Source of the DNA: Acanthaster planci
Lineage: Eukaryota
DNA: 64,000 nucleotides
Assembly (NCBI RefSeq): GCF_001949145.1
Contig: NW_019091356.1
Span: 2,116,932-2,180,931 of the forward strand
Direction: 5' to 3'
Shown here in pieces: positions 10,901 to 23,611 of the stretch (position 1 is its first letter; every line of letters begins with the position of its first letter). The position numbers and the translations under genes were made by a program. The notes beneath the pieces were generated by a model. The model ran no database searches. It had not been told where the DNA came from and saw only the letters and a list, made by a program, of their open reading frames with translations.

Positions 10901-13900
10901 AAGGATATTTTGCCCAATGTAAGTTCTCATCAAATGCATCAAACAGTAACGAGACTTTGTTCTTATTCAGTACCACGTGAGCAAGATGTCATTTTGTCAT
11001 TAGATGTGAGAGTTCACATGATATGATAATTCTATGGCAGATTTGCATATGCATTTACATGGCACCCTTATTTACACCACATTGTCACTATCGATACAGA
11101 CAGACTTATTTTTTTTTCTACTTTTTACTCTCAAATCTTTGTTTTTTCCTCTCAGAGTGGGAAGCATTTGATATTGCCTGTACATTCCAGTGTGCCACTG
11201 TCTGCACAGCAGGACATCTTTGAAAGGTTCTCTTGCTTCCTCCTCTCTGTTTTCTAACAGTCTTTCTTATGTGTCCCACAATCTTGATCAACCTTATTTC
11301 CTTTTAGTGTTAATATTAATCCTTTCTGGTAATTACACCAAGGGTTTCTCAGAAGCGCCCTAGGCACTGTAGCTCACAAGCCTGAAGAAACCTGTAGAGA
11401 GGAGACATCGAGAAGCAGTTACAGTTTTAGAGGTGGGGGGAAAACCCCGGAGGCATATTCTGGGCGAAACCCAGGGAATCAGATAGGGACTGAATACGTA
11501 ATCCACATGTGGACCGAGACGGGTTCCACTTCGGGCAACAGAGTTGGAAGGCAAGGAAGGAACCACTATGCAAACCTGACTCCTCATGCGTTTTTTTGGC
11601 TAGTAGCCCCTGAATCCTGCAAGCCCATCAGGAAACTAAGGGCTTATTTTTTGTCAGTGCATTGATTTTTCCACGGAATCAAGTTCGTCGCAGAGTAATT
11701 GGAGAAGGGCTCCAACTTCCATCATTAGGCAGAATGCAACAAAACCTTGTCCGAGGTCGAGAATCTGGAAGGGTCTAGGAAGGTGTAGGATTAAGCCTGT
11801 CTACAACCCCTCCCCATGTAGATTTTGAAAGATCGGGAAGGTTGAGCATAGAAATAAGATAGGTGAAGTTTCCTTCCTTTCACTTTGCAATAAGACCTAT
11901 GAGAAGGTGTCCTCGTACCCAGAAGTGTTAGTGATGGACACCAAAGTCTACTCGGAACTTTGTTCCATCACAACGTATCTGAAAGTCAAGCGCAATGTGG
12001 AGTGTTTCGTCTGTTCCCCACAATCAGTCAATGGTTTATATGCTGTCGTGAGAGTTGATGGGAGGGAACCTTTTTCAGAATTAATTTTTGTGAAGTGTGT
12101 TATTTTGGCCTTAAATTATCCAGGCCGCCACATGGAATACGGAAGATTGTGCTTGCCACCAACATAGCCGAGACATCAATAACCATCAACGACGTGGTGT
12201 ATGTGGTCAATCCGGGCAACCACAAAGAAGATAGATATGACGTCAACTTAGGGGTATGTTTCTTTAAAAAAAAATGTCTCCATGCAATATTTACATTTGG
12301 TGAGATGCACAAATGGTAACCCATTTTTTTTTATTTCTACAGGTGTCATGTCTAGATGTCCAGTGGATTTCAAAGGCCAACGTCCGACAGCGCAAAGGTC
12401 GCGCAGGCCGCTGCCAGCCAGGGGAATGCTATCACTTTTTTAGCAAGAACCGATACCTTCAGCTTGGTAAAACTTGGACCACGTCTTGAAGTCTTCAATG
12501 AGACCATAATTGACCGGGGTCTTCTTGAGTGTGATTTTGAACTTAGATTATTCGTCACTGTAGAACAGACACAGTTTACGCATTCAATGTCTGTATGGTT
12601 CTCCACGCTTCGTATGTCAACAGATGCATTTTTTAGCTCACAAAGTGTCTATTTCAGTTAAGGATGAAGTTTGTAAGACCATTCACGCCATCTCTGAATA
12701 CACACGCAGCTTTTTCTACATTGTACCTTTGCCAGAGGATTACCAGGCCCCTGAGATGCTAAGGATCCCCCTGGAGCAGATAGTGGTTCAGGCCAAGGTT
12801 CACTTCAGAGACATGAGTGCTGCTAGTCTCCTGAGCCAAGCAATGCAGCCTCCTCCACTCTCAGCAGGTAAGCTTATATGAAACAGTCACCAATCCAGCC
12901 ACAGCCTTTGCAGTGATTGGCAAATTTAATTCAATCATTGGCCGCTAATCAGGAGCTGGAACTTTACAAATGGTGAATTTGCAGATTTTGTTTAAATCGT
13001 GGAATTGCACCACCGAAAAATATTAATTGTCATCAGGTTTTTTTTTTATAGTCATTCCCAGAATGTTTTTCAACCACTTCCTGCCGGGAAGCCCAGTTTA
13101 CTCCGGCATCAATAGATTTTGTCTGTCAGACTAGAGTGGTCACCAGTCAGTAATTTGTGTGGGTGTAAACGTTCATTAATTGAAACGGGAATTTTTGAAG
13201 AATTTTGAAAACTGAAAATCTTAAAAAAGTCCCGATTATGTGCACTGTATTTTTCAAACCACCAAGCAGCAAGTGGTTAACGTTTCATTCATCTTGTTGA
13301 AGTCAATATTTTGCATCACCTTTCTTATGGCCTAACATTAAATTTGGTGGACGCTCAGCTCCTATTGGCAATTAACAGGACATAGAAATTTGCCTGTGTG
13401 CTTTCATTTCTATCTTCGTTGTACCTGTCATAGTGGAGAAAGCTGTGGAGGTTCTGCAAGATCTTGCCATCCTCAAAGACGATGAATCACTTACTGCCCT
13501 TGGGGACAAAATAGTGGGTATCTCTGCCGACCCCAGACTAGCCAAGGCTCTTGTGCTGTCTGCTGTGTTCAGGCAAGTGAAAAACTACATGCTGACTGGC
13601 CAGGCAGCAAACAAGCTGATAAGTCCATGTCGTCCAGTAAAACTTATTTGTGTAAACAAACATTCGCAGATGCATTTCTCAATTTGCTGCTTGTAGTTCA
13701 GTCCAGCACAGGCTTACCTTGAAAACTGAACATCATGACAAATATGCCTGAAGCTGTCAGTATGGAGATCTCATCTATACATCGCTCACAGTTGTTGATG
13801 TTGTGTAACAGAAAAACATCCATAATTGTTTCTCTTTACAACCAGATGCGTGAGCCCCGTCCTAACAGTGGCTGCTGGCATGCATACCAGACCACCTTTC

Positions 13901-16900
13901 CTAGACTCCATGGAGAACAGGGCGGCCATTTTAAAGGTAGGGTGTGTCCGATAGCAGGCATTGTTGTGTTTTTGACTGCGGCTACTCTCTGCTGAGGTCC
14001 AGTGGCAAAACATGAAGCCACTGCCAAAAAATACAAAATTCAGATGTGGCTGAATACTTAGGGCATAGATGGTAATGTGTGAATATCGCGTGCATGTGCA
14101 TGTGAACATAAAAGTTGCTAACTCTAGAACTTTTTGATCATTGTTTTACAATTTCGAAAGAAAAGCTCTTTGCAGATATTCTTATCAATGAGCATGCGTT
14201 CAGACGGAAGCAAGAGTTTCTTTGTAATTGAGGTTAAGGCAGTAAATTCATTTCATTGTCATTGTCTGTCCCAGATCAGGAAATCATTTGCGGAGGACAG
14301 TTGCAGCGATCACGTCGCCCAAATCCAGCTGTACGAAGCCTGGGAACAGGCCATGTACGCATACGAAGTGAGGACATTCAATAAAAGAAATCTTGTCTAT
14401 CACTCCACAATGCTGTTTATCCAAGGTAAATTAAAACAGGCATTGATCGGACAGTTTTAAGTGAGTTATTTACAAACCACTAGGAAGAATTTTAAGCTTA
14501 ACAGTCTTTTGATGATCGAGCCATCAAAAAGGTCATATAAATTTATTTATAACAAATGTCCCTGCATCAGTAGATATCAAACAAGTACATCAACTATTTT
14601 TCCCAAAGGTCTTCGCAAACAACTTGCAGACAACCTTGAGGAGGCAAGCTTGGTAGCATCTTCTAAAGGCTGTCTCCATGGAAATGACACAAGCAATGAG
14701 TTTGCTTTTGATAACCAACTAGTCAAGGTAGGGACTACAAAAAGGATGCAAGTGATTTTTGATGTCCACTTTTTGATAGCACAAGAATATAATAGGAAAT
14801 TATGAGCAGTGTCGCATGGCTGTTGCCTGGGAGCTGATGTTCTTGAAAATGGTTTGTTGGCCTGATGGGCAGGGGTAGGAATAATGATTCTTTTGATCTA
14901 ATTTCCCTGGGGTGCCTTCAGAGTTCTTGCAGAGAAACCTAACCTTAACCTCATGCAGGAGTCTCCAGAGATATCATGCCAGATGCGAGTACACATTCAT
15001 CATTTCTTTGTCAAAGATTCCTAAAAAAATACAGGGCTTATTTTCAAGACGACTGCTAGCTTTTTGTTTGTTTGTCATCTCGTTTGCTACCTGCCCTGTT
15101 ATCTCTTTCCTGCCACCAGGGTGTCCTGTGTGGGGCGTTTTTTCCAAATTTGCTACGCGCGAGACGCGGACGGATCGAGAGGTCCAGAATGAAGCTCAGA
15201 CAGTTGGTCTACAAAGACATGTAAGTGAGCTCACATCGTCAGATCGTGGTGGATCAACAGAGCTACTATAGGCAGAAAATATCGTGTTGTAGAGTTGCTA
15301 AGCAGTAGATGACAGAGAACAAATCAGAAGCAGCTGAATTACATGTAAATTAGCCTGATTATCCTTTCTTGCTGAGCAAATATATCTGTACCTGTCAAAT
15401 TGTTTACTGAGCAGCTATGGAAATCGCTTCTCAAATGTAAATAGCTCGTTTTTTAATAGTCAGTATAATTATGCCACTCAGAAATCTAAAGACCAGCATT
15501 CCTAATAAGAAATTTCAGCTTTGAGCTAGTGAGAAGCAACGAAAATAAAAATGGTTATATTTCTGGTAGCAAAAATTGTGGCTTTGTATTTTCTACCCCG
15601 TATGAGGTCTAGAGTGAATTGGGTATTATCGACTGTGTGATAGCATTGTTTCTTTGGACAGAGATGAAATTTTGATAATTTCTGATGATGTTTCAATAAT
15701 TGCTGATGTTGTAATAATTTGTAGGGAATCCAACGTAGTGCTGCTGAGCCGTCGCTCAGTGAACTGCACAGAGAAATCGTTCCCCAGTCGCTGGCTCACC
15801 TACTTCTCAAAGGTAAGAGTCGTTCCTGCCTCAGACATTTCCATGATAGGGCACTTGTTCAGAACCTGCCTGGATCCTTGAGAATCGTTATGTGATGCTC
15901 TTTTTTAAAGAAAATCAGGTACCATGTGAAAGTAACAGTTGCTCAGCAGATGTATATTGGTACTCTGTTCCTTAGCAACGTGTGCTTGGTTTTTTATAAA
16001 AATAAGCCCTTTTATACACACCCTGAAAACTTCCTCCCTCATGGACAGTTCCAGTCAGATGCCCTTTTCCAGTGAAAATCTGTGTACTGTGTGATCCTGT
16101 CCCCTTACCCAACATTCGATCCTAATTAATGAGTAAGGAAACGTAAGTCTTGTGTTAAAAAAAAGGCTTCTGTACCCATGCGACCGTTAGCACAACCACA
16201 AGCACAGCCATAAATGGCGCTTACTATTGACAAACTTTTATGCTAGAGTAATCACAAATTTTCTGTTAACTGGAAATCAGAGCCATGAAAATGGGCCAAG
16301 GTCTTTACTGAGTGTAAACACTTAGGAATGTTGCAGATTGTACAAATGCTCTGAAGCTTTTGTACACTTCAAGAGGAAGAAGGCTAACATGCAGAAGGAA
16401 CATAATACGGATCGGATATGAATTTACTTGAGCAAAGTGGTCAAACTTTCACAGGTGGGCCAACATGTATGACATCTTGGTTTTTCAGGCAAGGAACGAG
16501 CAGATCTTTATTCACGATACATCCGTCGTTCATCCCTTGGCTGTTCTCTGCATGACTGGAAGGAAAGTGCATGTGGCTCCATTGACAAACAGAGGTGATG
16601 CTGACACCACACAGATTTTTATCAATTTTACATTTTTGCGTAGAGATTTTTATCTATTCATTAACCGAATGTTTGGGGTTCGGTGCTCAAACCTCACTGA
16701 AAAATAAGCTCAGTAAAAGACAATAACACGAGCAAAAGGATATTATGTTTAACATTTCCACACTAAATGATGTCTAAACACGAAGGACGTATCAGCAAAC
16801 TGTGCAGGTAGTGCTGGGCGAATGTATACTCGTTATCACCCTCAATGTGCTTTGCCACCTTGTCTTGGAGTTGCCAAAAAGGATTATGTAGTGGGAAACA

Positions 16901-17866
16901 TCGCACAAACTTTGAACAATAACAAAAGTGTCATCTTTTACAATTTCGTCTTTAATTTCAAGAGGAATAGAAATGTTGTAAAACAAAAAATTGTGTGAAC
17001 TGTTCAACTTCACAAATATGGTGCGTTTTCACATTTTTCACAAGTGCCTTGAGGTTTTATTTTAAAGATAGAATGTACTTTGTAACTATTTTTCGTTTTT
17101 TTATTTGTTCTCCAAAGTCCTAGAACCCTTTTTAAAACCTGGGATTGGTGTCTGTCTTTGCCACTTCAGAATTACAAACGCAACTTGAGGAAAACACCAT
17201 CCAGGATCCGGACACAGAGATCGTAAAGCTTATCGTTACCAGGAACGGCCATTCGTCCAGAAACAGCCCTACCTACCACAGGACCCCTGTGGCCTTCTAC
17301 ACAACGTACGAAACGGCCATGGCGCTGGTGGCCTTGATACGAGAGGTCAACATCATGGTGGACGAGTGCCTGAAAGCGGATCACATCGACCAGTTGGTGA
17401 GTTGAGCTTCTTGTGGTTGACCAACCACTGTTTACAGCGAGAAGATAAGAAATGGCCATTTCAGGGGACCTAGTCAGAATTAGAAGCATATTGGGAAGAG
17501 ATGTGGAGCTAGTGAGTGTGTAAGTAGTGTTGGTCCAGCCAAAAGATTTGTTGGGAATTAAAATTCAGTGAGTTAGAAAGATTGCATTTCTTTTCCTTCG
17601 CTTTAGTACGGATGGTCGTTCAGTTTAGTTTAAATGGTTCTGCAGAGGGAAAAAAAGGTCCAACAGTACGTTTGTTTTTGTGTTGTGTTATTTCTGTGCA
17701 GCCTCAAGATGTCAAAGACAGACATGAGGACGTCTTGGAGATCTTGCAGAAGGTCATCAACAGCCCTCAGTCCCCATTTGTAGATGCCGGCCAGAACAAC
17801 GACAGCGATGCCACCTCGAGCAGAAGCTCCTCGTCAACCCTCAACCTGAACCTCACCGCATGGTAG
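4941..17866 (+). CDS. DHX30: ATP-dependent DEAH-box RNA helicase, DHX30-like (N-terminal dsRBD, RecA1/2, HA2, OB-fold); 22 coding exons, 1116 aa
   Basis: Exons 4941-5151, 6146-6414, 6705-6869, 7670-7944, 8668-8818, 9042-9225, 9763-9922, 10476-10689, 10841-10918, 11156-11226, 12124-12253, 12343-12466, 12736-12867, 13434-13572, 13846-13936, 14275-14425, 14609-14727, 15120-15220, 15725-15812, 16489-16594, 17170-17396, 17702-17866 sum to 3351 nt in one frame. Motifs: [51 protein letters not shown]. ds[14 protein letters not shown]...VTWPQEF...[10 protein letters not shown] and [15 protein letters not shown] match my recollection of DHX30 rather than DHX36/57. The basic, acid-poor MAAPMAR... N-terminus looks like a mitochondrial presequence. 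Confidence 0.9.
5485..5697. mobile_element. MITE-like element, same family as 2608-2758
   Basis: aggggaagagttc..tatacg ... cgtatacggaactctttccct inverted ends; shared internal sequence. Confidence 0.6.
8361..8544 (+). pseudogene. Displaced partial copy of DHX30 exon 8 with its upstream intron and acceptor, inside intron 4
   Basis: 8445-8541 encodes [32 protein letters not shown] versus exon 8 [32 protein letters not shown]; upstream gcactgagtgcgtg...ttcaggc.tccatt...ctgcag matches 10380-10475. Confidence 0.9.
9460..9518. repeat. Perfect 24-bp inverted repeat with 11-nt spacer and TTAA-CCC...GGG-TTAA ends (piggyBac-like mini-element)
   Basis: ttaaccctaaccctcctcaatcct (9460-9483) and aggattgaggagggttagggttaa (9495-9518). 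Confidence 0.85.
11335..11584 (-). mobile_element. tRNA-derived SINE-like element; related copy at 44120-44340
   Basis: Minus strand begins ggagtcaggtttgcatagtgg (A-box-like) ttccttccttgccttcca and contains ggggttttccccccacctctaaaact, both shared with 44340-44177. Confidence 0.65.
13072..13280. mobile_element. Small MITE-like element with 13-bp TIRs, TTAA at the right end
   Basis: aaccacttcctgc ... gcagcaagtggtt(aa). Confidence 0.45.
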
Positions 17867-19341
17867 CAACGACCTCGCCTGACGTCAGGGACCCAGTTTC
17901 CAGAATGTCAGGATTATACCCGGTCACTGTAGTACTTGACAGCTTCTTCACTGCGAGTTCATCTCCTGCCCTCTGGTAATGTAGGCGCACACACATTGAC
18001 CCCTCAGGATTTTAGAATGACGTTAATGACTTCAGTGTGCATAGGAGAGAGACACAGATTTGCATAAAAATAATCAGAAAAAAAAATCAGGACGTCGTAG
18101 CTGCAGAGACTTTATTCTACATCATATTGACAAATCATCCAAAGGAGGCATTTGCCTGATTAGTTTCTTAATTGCAATCACCTTCTTCATTTCAGAGAAA
18201 AAAACCTCATCACAAGAAACCATTGAATAATGATTTTAGGCTGCTGTTCTGTATCTGTTATGGATAACACGGACAGTTTGCAACTTCACGTTTTACCCAC
18301 GAATAAATCACATACGTCATACATTTTCATTCATAGAAACAAAACAATCAACTGGCACAGAGCCAAAGTGTTGTTTCTCGAAAGCGCACACAAAATGGCA
18401 ATTACCCAGTTAGACTGATCCTTTTGAAACAGGCAACAAAAATGTGCTGTGCATGAAATCAACCCTCTAACAACATTAAACATTAGACTTTTATAACAAG
18501 GTTATCTAGACAATTCTGTGAACAGCTTAATTGTACTGCTTGGGAAAAAGAGTTCTTAAAAAGCCAGTCTCCTTTTTTGATATTTTAAACATCAATCCCT
18601 TTTTCTTCGGTTTGTAATTAAAGTAACGATTTGCTTGCTTTTTCCTCTTCTTTGTTTTTGGTAATGAACTGCAAATGCACGTCTTTTTATTTATATCAGG
18701 TTTAGTGCTGGCCATAAATTCTACTCAAAATATTATGAAATGGCTGATGTAAGCAATTTGGAGTAAAAAGTCTTGCCATAGTGTCTGTAAATACTGGTAT
18801 ACAACACCGTGGAAGAAAGACGCTCTTGTGTGAAAGGATGGGCAGTTTTTGTGCATGGAAGATTACTGTATTTATTTCACTTAAGTAAGCTCATTGGTAT
18901 GGTTAGGAATTTCTATTAATTCTTAACAAAGAAACTGCAACAAAAGCACTGTGGAAGTCTACTGGCAAACTATTAAACATCTGAGATGATGTTGGATTGT
19001 TATATTGTGCAATTGGAAGTATTCTGAGAGTTTTTCACATCTGTTAATTCAAGGGGTTCTGATGTATGTTACGGTCGACTCAAAGCTGAACATTTGAATG
19101 AAAGCCTTGAGTCTGTTTTATGAATAGTGTGAGGGATCTTTGGGAATATTGGGAGTCTGGGTTAATGCTGTTTTTGAGTCTAGAATTCATAAAGAAAACT
19201 CGTTTGAACAGAAAAGGGTGAAAATTCCACATAAATCTGAGTACTAGAAATAGCCTGCCCTGCCAGACATGCTTGAAATGATATGTGCAATGTACATGTG
19301 GAGTTACCAGACCACAGTGCTAACTTGGCATACCGACCCCT

Positions 19342-22300
19342 CTATTCCGGGGGGATTAGGACGGCGGATATCTCATGCACCACGCCATTGGACACCGTGT
19401 TGTCACCCTGCAGGACCAGACTGTTCTGCACATGGGTACCCCATGTTCCTCGCCTCACCGGCAGTGTTTTGTTGTAGAATGGCTGCAAGGTCTCGATGAT
19501 CCACAGACCGGCCTCATAGTAGGTGCCTCGGACCAGATGGTACTCAAGGACTTGCTTTAGGAAGGTGACATTGGCCAACTTCTGGACAACGTTGTTGGGC
19601 AAGTTCTCGAAGGCCCGGTTGTTAGGGGCAAACAGGGTCAGCGGCTGTGAAGGTTCCGTCTCCAAGGCCTCGGTGAGATTGGCTGCCTGGGAATTGAAAA
19701 GAACAGTTTCAATTCAGCAGTTGTTCTTCTGTCATGTGATTAACTAGCCACTTTTTTCACCGATGACACAAGAATTCACCTGTACTTTTACGGAGTCCAC
19801 CTTTTGTTACTTCATCTCTTACCCCAAAGAAAAGGTTACAAGTAGGAAAACATGCAGGCCAAAGGATGATAGCAAGTCCATTTTTGGTCCATGCCTATCC
19901 CACCAACCAACAATACATGTGACTGAGCAAACTGTTGTATCTCAACGATAAATGATGGATCATAGAAATTTCCAAACCTGTAGGAAGCCAACCAGACGGC
20001 TGAATCGCCCATCGTCATTGACAAACTTCGTCATGTTGGCTCCAGTTGGCAGAAGCATGACCTTGTCAAGAATGTGAACAAGGCCATTCCAGGCCGGTAA
20101 GTCGGATCGGACGATTGGTGCTCCGTTAACTGTCACCACCTAAACAGAAACAGGGTAGGAGTGGAACGGTACGGGAGATAAAAAAAGAACAGAAAACTCA
20201 ACTTTTTGTACCTTCTGAAAGGCAGAGAAGGAAGCAATGGTAACATCTTATGCACTCTTTATCATGAGCTGTATCAAGTTTCCCGAGAAGGAAACGAAGT
20301 CATCATCATGATACCACTTATGTTTGCAAACTTAAGGCAACTTTCTATATGCGTTCTCGCGAGAGGATCGTGTAGATGTTGGTCCGCAGGTACTGAAGTG
20401 GCAAGGAAGCCCCAGACGTCGGTGACGGGTACAAGCTGGTCAGAAGTAAGTTGTCTTTATGTCTGAGCTCATGTAGGGTCCAAGGGCGACGTGATACTCC
20501 AGAACCCATTGCAGGGTCAGGGTCTTGCGCAAGGCCGGTGGGCTCTCCGAGTAAGCCCTCTCGGAGAACGCGAAAAGCGTGAAGCCGCCCGGCTGTGTGG
20601 ACGTCTCCAGGAGATTCTTGAGGTGGGCGCATTTGCGTACGAAGGATACGAACGAAGCGGCCCCGTAGTCCTCCGCTATACCGCCAGCATCCCGGCCCCC
20701 GATGTTTCCTCGGGGCTAGCTAAGAACGCTAGCGCTACCAGCGCCAGAACGGGGAGTAACCTTCCTGCAGCCATGTTTGTTTCAAGCGCGTCTCTACCCA
20801 ACTCCCTTTACGGTTACTGTTAATACGGGCGCTATCGATGGGTGCACCCTCGAAAAAAAAGGCCAGAAATACGTCCGCCGAGCTCATTAAAAAGTTTTAG
20901 ACTAAAAATATTCTCTATTAGAGAGTCCTGAGAGCCATGAAATTGCGGAATTGTCGAAATATTGCACTGAACCTATGGCCTGGACTTTGAGCTTTTAACT
21001 CTGAGCATTTTGAGTGCAACAGGGTCCGAAAGTGGCACTATTTGGCCGTTTTGCAGATGGATGGTTTAACTTTCCGAAATGGCTACTTTTCTGGGCAGGG
21101 ACATTTTCTTTATTTTAGGGATGCTCTGCTTCTGGTGAAAATTTCTCAAGGTTTCATTGGTCAACCCCCGAAAAGGGACATGTCGATCATCGTTTTTCTG
21201 TGCAGCCTGCACACCTGTGAGAGGTGTATCTTTTAAATAATTGTGAAGTACGGGGACTTAGCATTGCTGTCTATGGGAATTTAATTACAGAGTTGCACCC
21301 AGATGAGTGGCTGGTACTCGGGTTTAGGCATATGATCCTCGCTGGATCACAAAGCAAACAACTTCGGTCAAAACTACAATACATGTACGTGTATGTGTAA
21401 ATCAGAAATATATGTGCTGTGTACCTATAAAATGTTGGCCATGCACGAAGCACACGGATTACCAAAGGTTCTGTCCTTTCCTACACACATCCAATATTCC
21501 GTCAGACTAGTAACACTTTGTAGCACTGATGCTGACTATTCCCTGGAAGTAAAAACAGTGCGTCGCGATTGCTCCATCAAAACTAGACCAAAACTGCTTT
21601 TGATCAGATCCATTTTATCATGATTTTGGTCCCAGATGTGCAATTTTTGAAAATGTTTCAATGGGCCCTACATCATTATTTTGAAGTCCAAGTGACATGT
21701 CATGTGAAATGTATTGCGGGCTCATCGAACAGATTTAGCTGAGGTTGAGCTGCAATGATTCTGATGACTTCAGAGTAAAATGGCTTGTGTACACCACAGC
21801 AACAAAACAAAACAAAACAAAAAACAGAATCTATCAGTGCTGTTATTCTACTTAAGTCTGTTTCAAACAGCTGCCTTACAAAGCGAATCATCGTGAATTT
21901 TATTTAAAAAATTAACTGATACAATAAAATATGTAACTCACAAATTTATCAAGCCATTTTTATCAGAATTTGAAAAATAAACAATGTTTGGCCAGTCATG
22001 ATTGTAGTTCCAATGTGCACACCCTTCAACCCACTGAATTCAACCACCTTGAAGGTTTGATAAACTTTAATCACAATACAGTTTTAGAAAACAGACAATT
22101 TACCCGTCCAATGACGCCCTTGCGGAGGCGATACGCCGGGACGTGGTAAACGTTGAACCGGAAGGGCAGTAGGGGCTGCACAACGCCCTCCGTTCTCTCA
22201 GGGTGTGCAGGGAGGCTAGTGAGCATCCTCTCGTTGTAGATTTCCTCCATGAAAACTACATCAGACATGGTGATATGAAATCTTATGTACCGCTCCAAGG

Positions 22301-22568
22301 TCTCTGGGTCCTTCAGGGCGGTCTTCACCTCCGGGGCTATTACGCCTAGGTCCTCGAAAGCACGGTCAGTCGGAGCCAAGACCATGTACAGGAGGTGGTT
22401 CTCCAAGGTCTCATTCAACCACGGTATGGCACGGATGTACTTGACGAATGTCATGACACCTGCGTCCTCGCAGACTTCCACGACGCTGCCCCCGAAATAC
22501 CTATGAAATGCCAGTGAGTGTTCACCGAGTAATGACAGCAAAAAGAGAGCCGCTGGAATCGAATACAT
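19342..22568 (-). CDS. Secreted fasciclin (FAS1 x2) protein, copy 1, 323 aa (periostin/TGFBI/fasciclin superfamily)
   Basis: Exons 22568-22104, 20139-19978, 19686-19342, all joined in phase 0 with GT-AG. Signal peptide MYSIPAALFLLSLLGEHSLA; FAS1 motifs YMVLAPTDRAF, YIRFHI, NGLVHILDKVM, LTLFAPNNRAF, VLEYHLV, SNGVVHEISAVLIP. Confidence 0.9.
20352..20774 (-). pseudogene. Disabled alternative first exon of fasciclin gene 1 (signal peptide + FAS1 N-terminal part)
   Basis: ATG at 20774: MAAGRLLPVLALVALAFLASPEETSGA, frameshift (~20690), DAGGIAEDYGAASFVSFVRKCAHLKNLLETSTQPGGFTLFAFSERAYSESPPALRKTLTLQWVLEYHVALGPYMSSD, frameshift (~20458), KDNLLLTSLYPSPTSGASLPLQYLRTNIYTILS; splice donor missing relative to 33195. 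Confidence 0.85.
20840..21300. mobile_element. MITE-like insertion, absent from duplicate copy 2
   Basis: Ends gggtgcaccctc ... gagttgcaccc; copy 2 reads tatcgatgtgtgcctggtactcggg contiguously at ~33746-33770. Confidence 0.7.
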
Positions 22569-22666
22569 GTTCTTTGTGCAAAACCTAACTTCCCACACAC
22601 TCAAGAAAGTATTATGGTCTTATCTCATAAACACGTACAGTATATGCCGGTCTTTGCTATGGTACC

Positions 22667-23473
22667 GGTGTTCTTAAGTGGACAGTCAAACGTCGTGTGT
22701 GTGAGTTTAAACGTGTTTGTGAATTGCAAACGTCGCGATGTGTGTGTGAGCTCGAACGTCGTGCGCGGGAGTGTGGGGTTGACTTCGTGTTTGTGAGTTG
22801 TTGTATCAGGGCCAATTTCACGGACCACTAGCATGATTTTTTTCCATTGAAAACAACTGGAATAATTGCGCTTTCCCCAGGACACACCTGCTCGTTAATG
22901 CATCACATTAGTTAAAAATAACTAAAGTTAATACAAGACCAACACACGATAAACCGGAAATAAGAAAATGATAACTCAATTGAAACAAATAAATGTCATT
23001 AGTTGTATATAAATATTCTAACTAAAAAGAACCCCAACTTAACTTGTAAATGCATAGCAATAAGCCCACAGAGTGTAAATTAAAACACATACAAAATGAG
23101 CAAACAGCTTAGCTCCCTCCCCAGAAGTTAAAAACGATACAAAGATTAAGAATTACCAAATGCTTGCTTAAAAGGGATTTTGATTACCAACATGTGTTGT
23201 ACATGTGTATTGCCTGTGACTGGTGTTCAGCTGATGTTCGCTTATCATAGAAATGGCATGGATTTTCGGCTAGTAACCTGTTTTTCCTGAGCAAGAAAAT
23301 GCTGTGCTAAGCAAATTTTTTGTGCTGAGCAAATTTATGAAATTGGCCCTGCGAACTCACAAACACGACGTTCGAACTGACAAACACGACGGTACGTTCA
23401 AACACGTACGGACGACGCGTCAAGACGTGGCAAACTCACACACGCGACGTTTGCCTGTCCGCTTTAGAACACC
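22667..23473. mobile_element. Foldback/MITE with long inverted arms, interrupted by a nested element
   Basis: ggtgttcttaagtggacagtcaaacgtcgtgtgtgtgagttt versus reverse complement of the right end ggtgttctaaagcggacaggcaaacgtcgcgtgtgtgagttt; absent from copy 2 at ~35100-35125. Confidence 0.85.
22807..23351. mobile_element. Nested MITE with perfect 14-bp TIR CAGGGCCAATTTCA
   Basis: cagggccaatttca at 22807 and tgaaattggccctg ending 23351; subterminal gct(a/g)agcaaa repeats. Confidence 0.8.
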
Positions 23474-23611
23474 ATACTTTTCCTTCGTCAATGGTCTCTG
23501 TTTCATATCATCTCATTGATCTTTGTCATGTTTCGTTTTGTTTTCGGCTTTAGTTGTGCAGGGTCGTGTATGGGTGTCATCGTCACAAGGCGTTTCCCAC
23601 ACGCTTGACCG

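Noticed and set aside
20491..20823. 110-aa plus-strand ORF, and similar antisense ORFs at 29485-29850, 50774-51142 and 17172-17489
   Set aside because: Shadow frames opposite GC-rich real or pseudo exons; no independent coding evidence.
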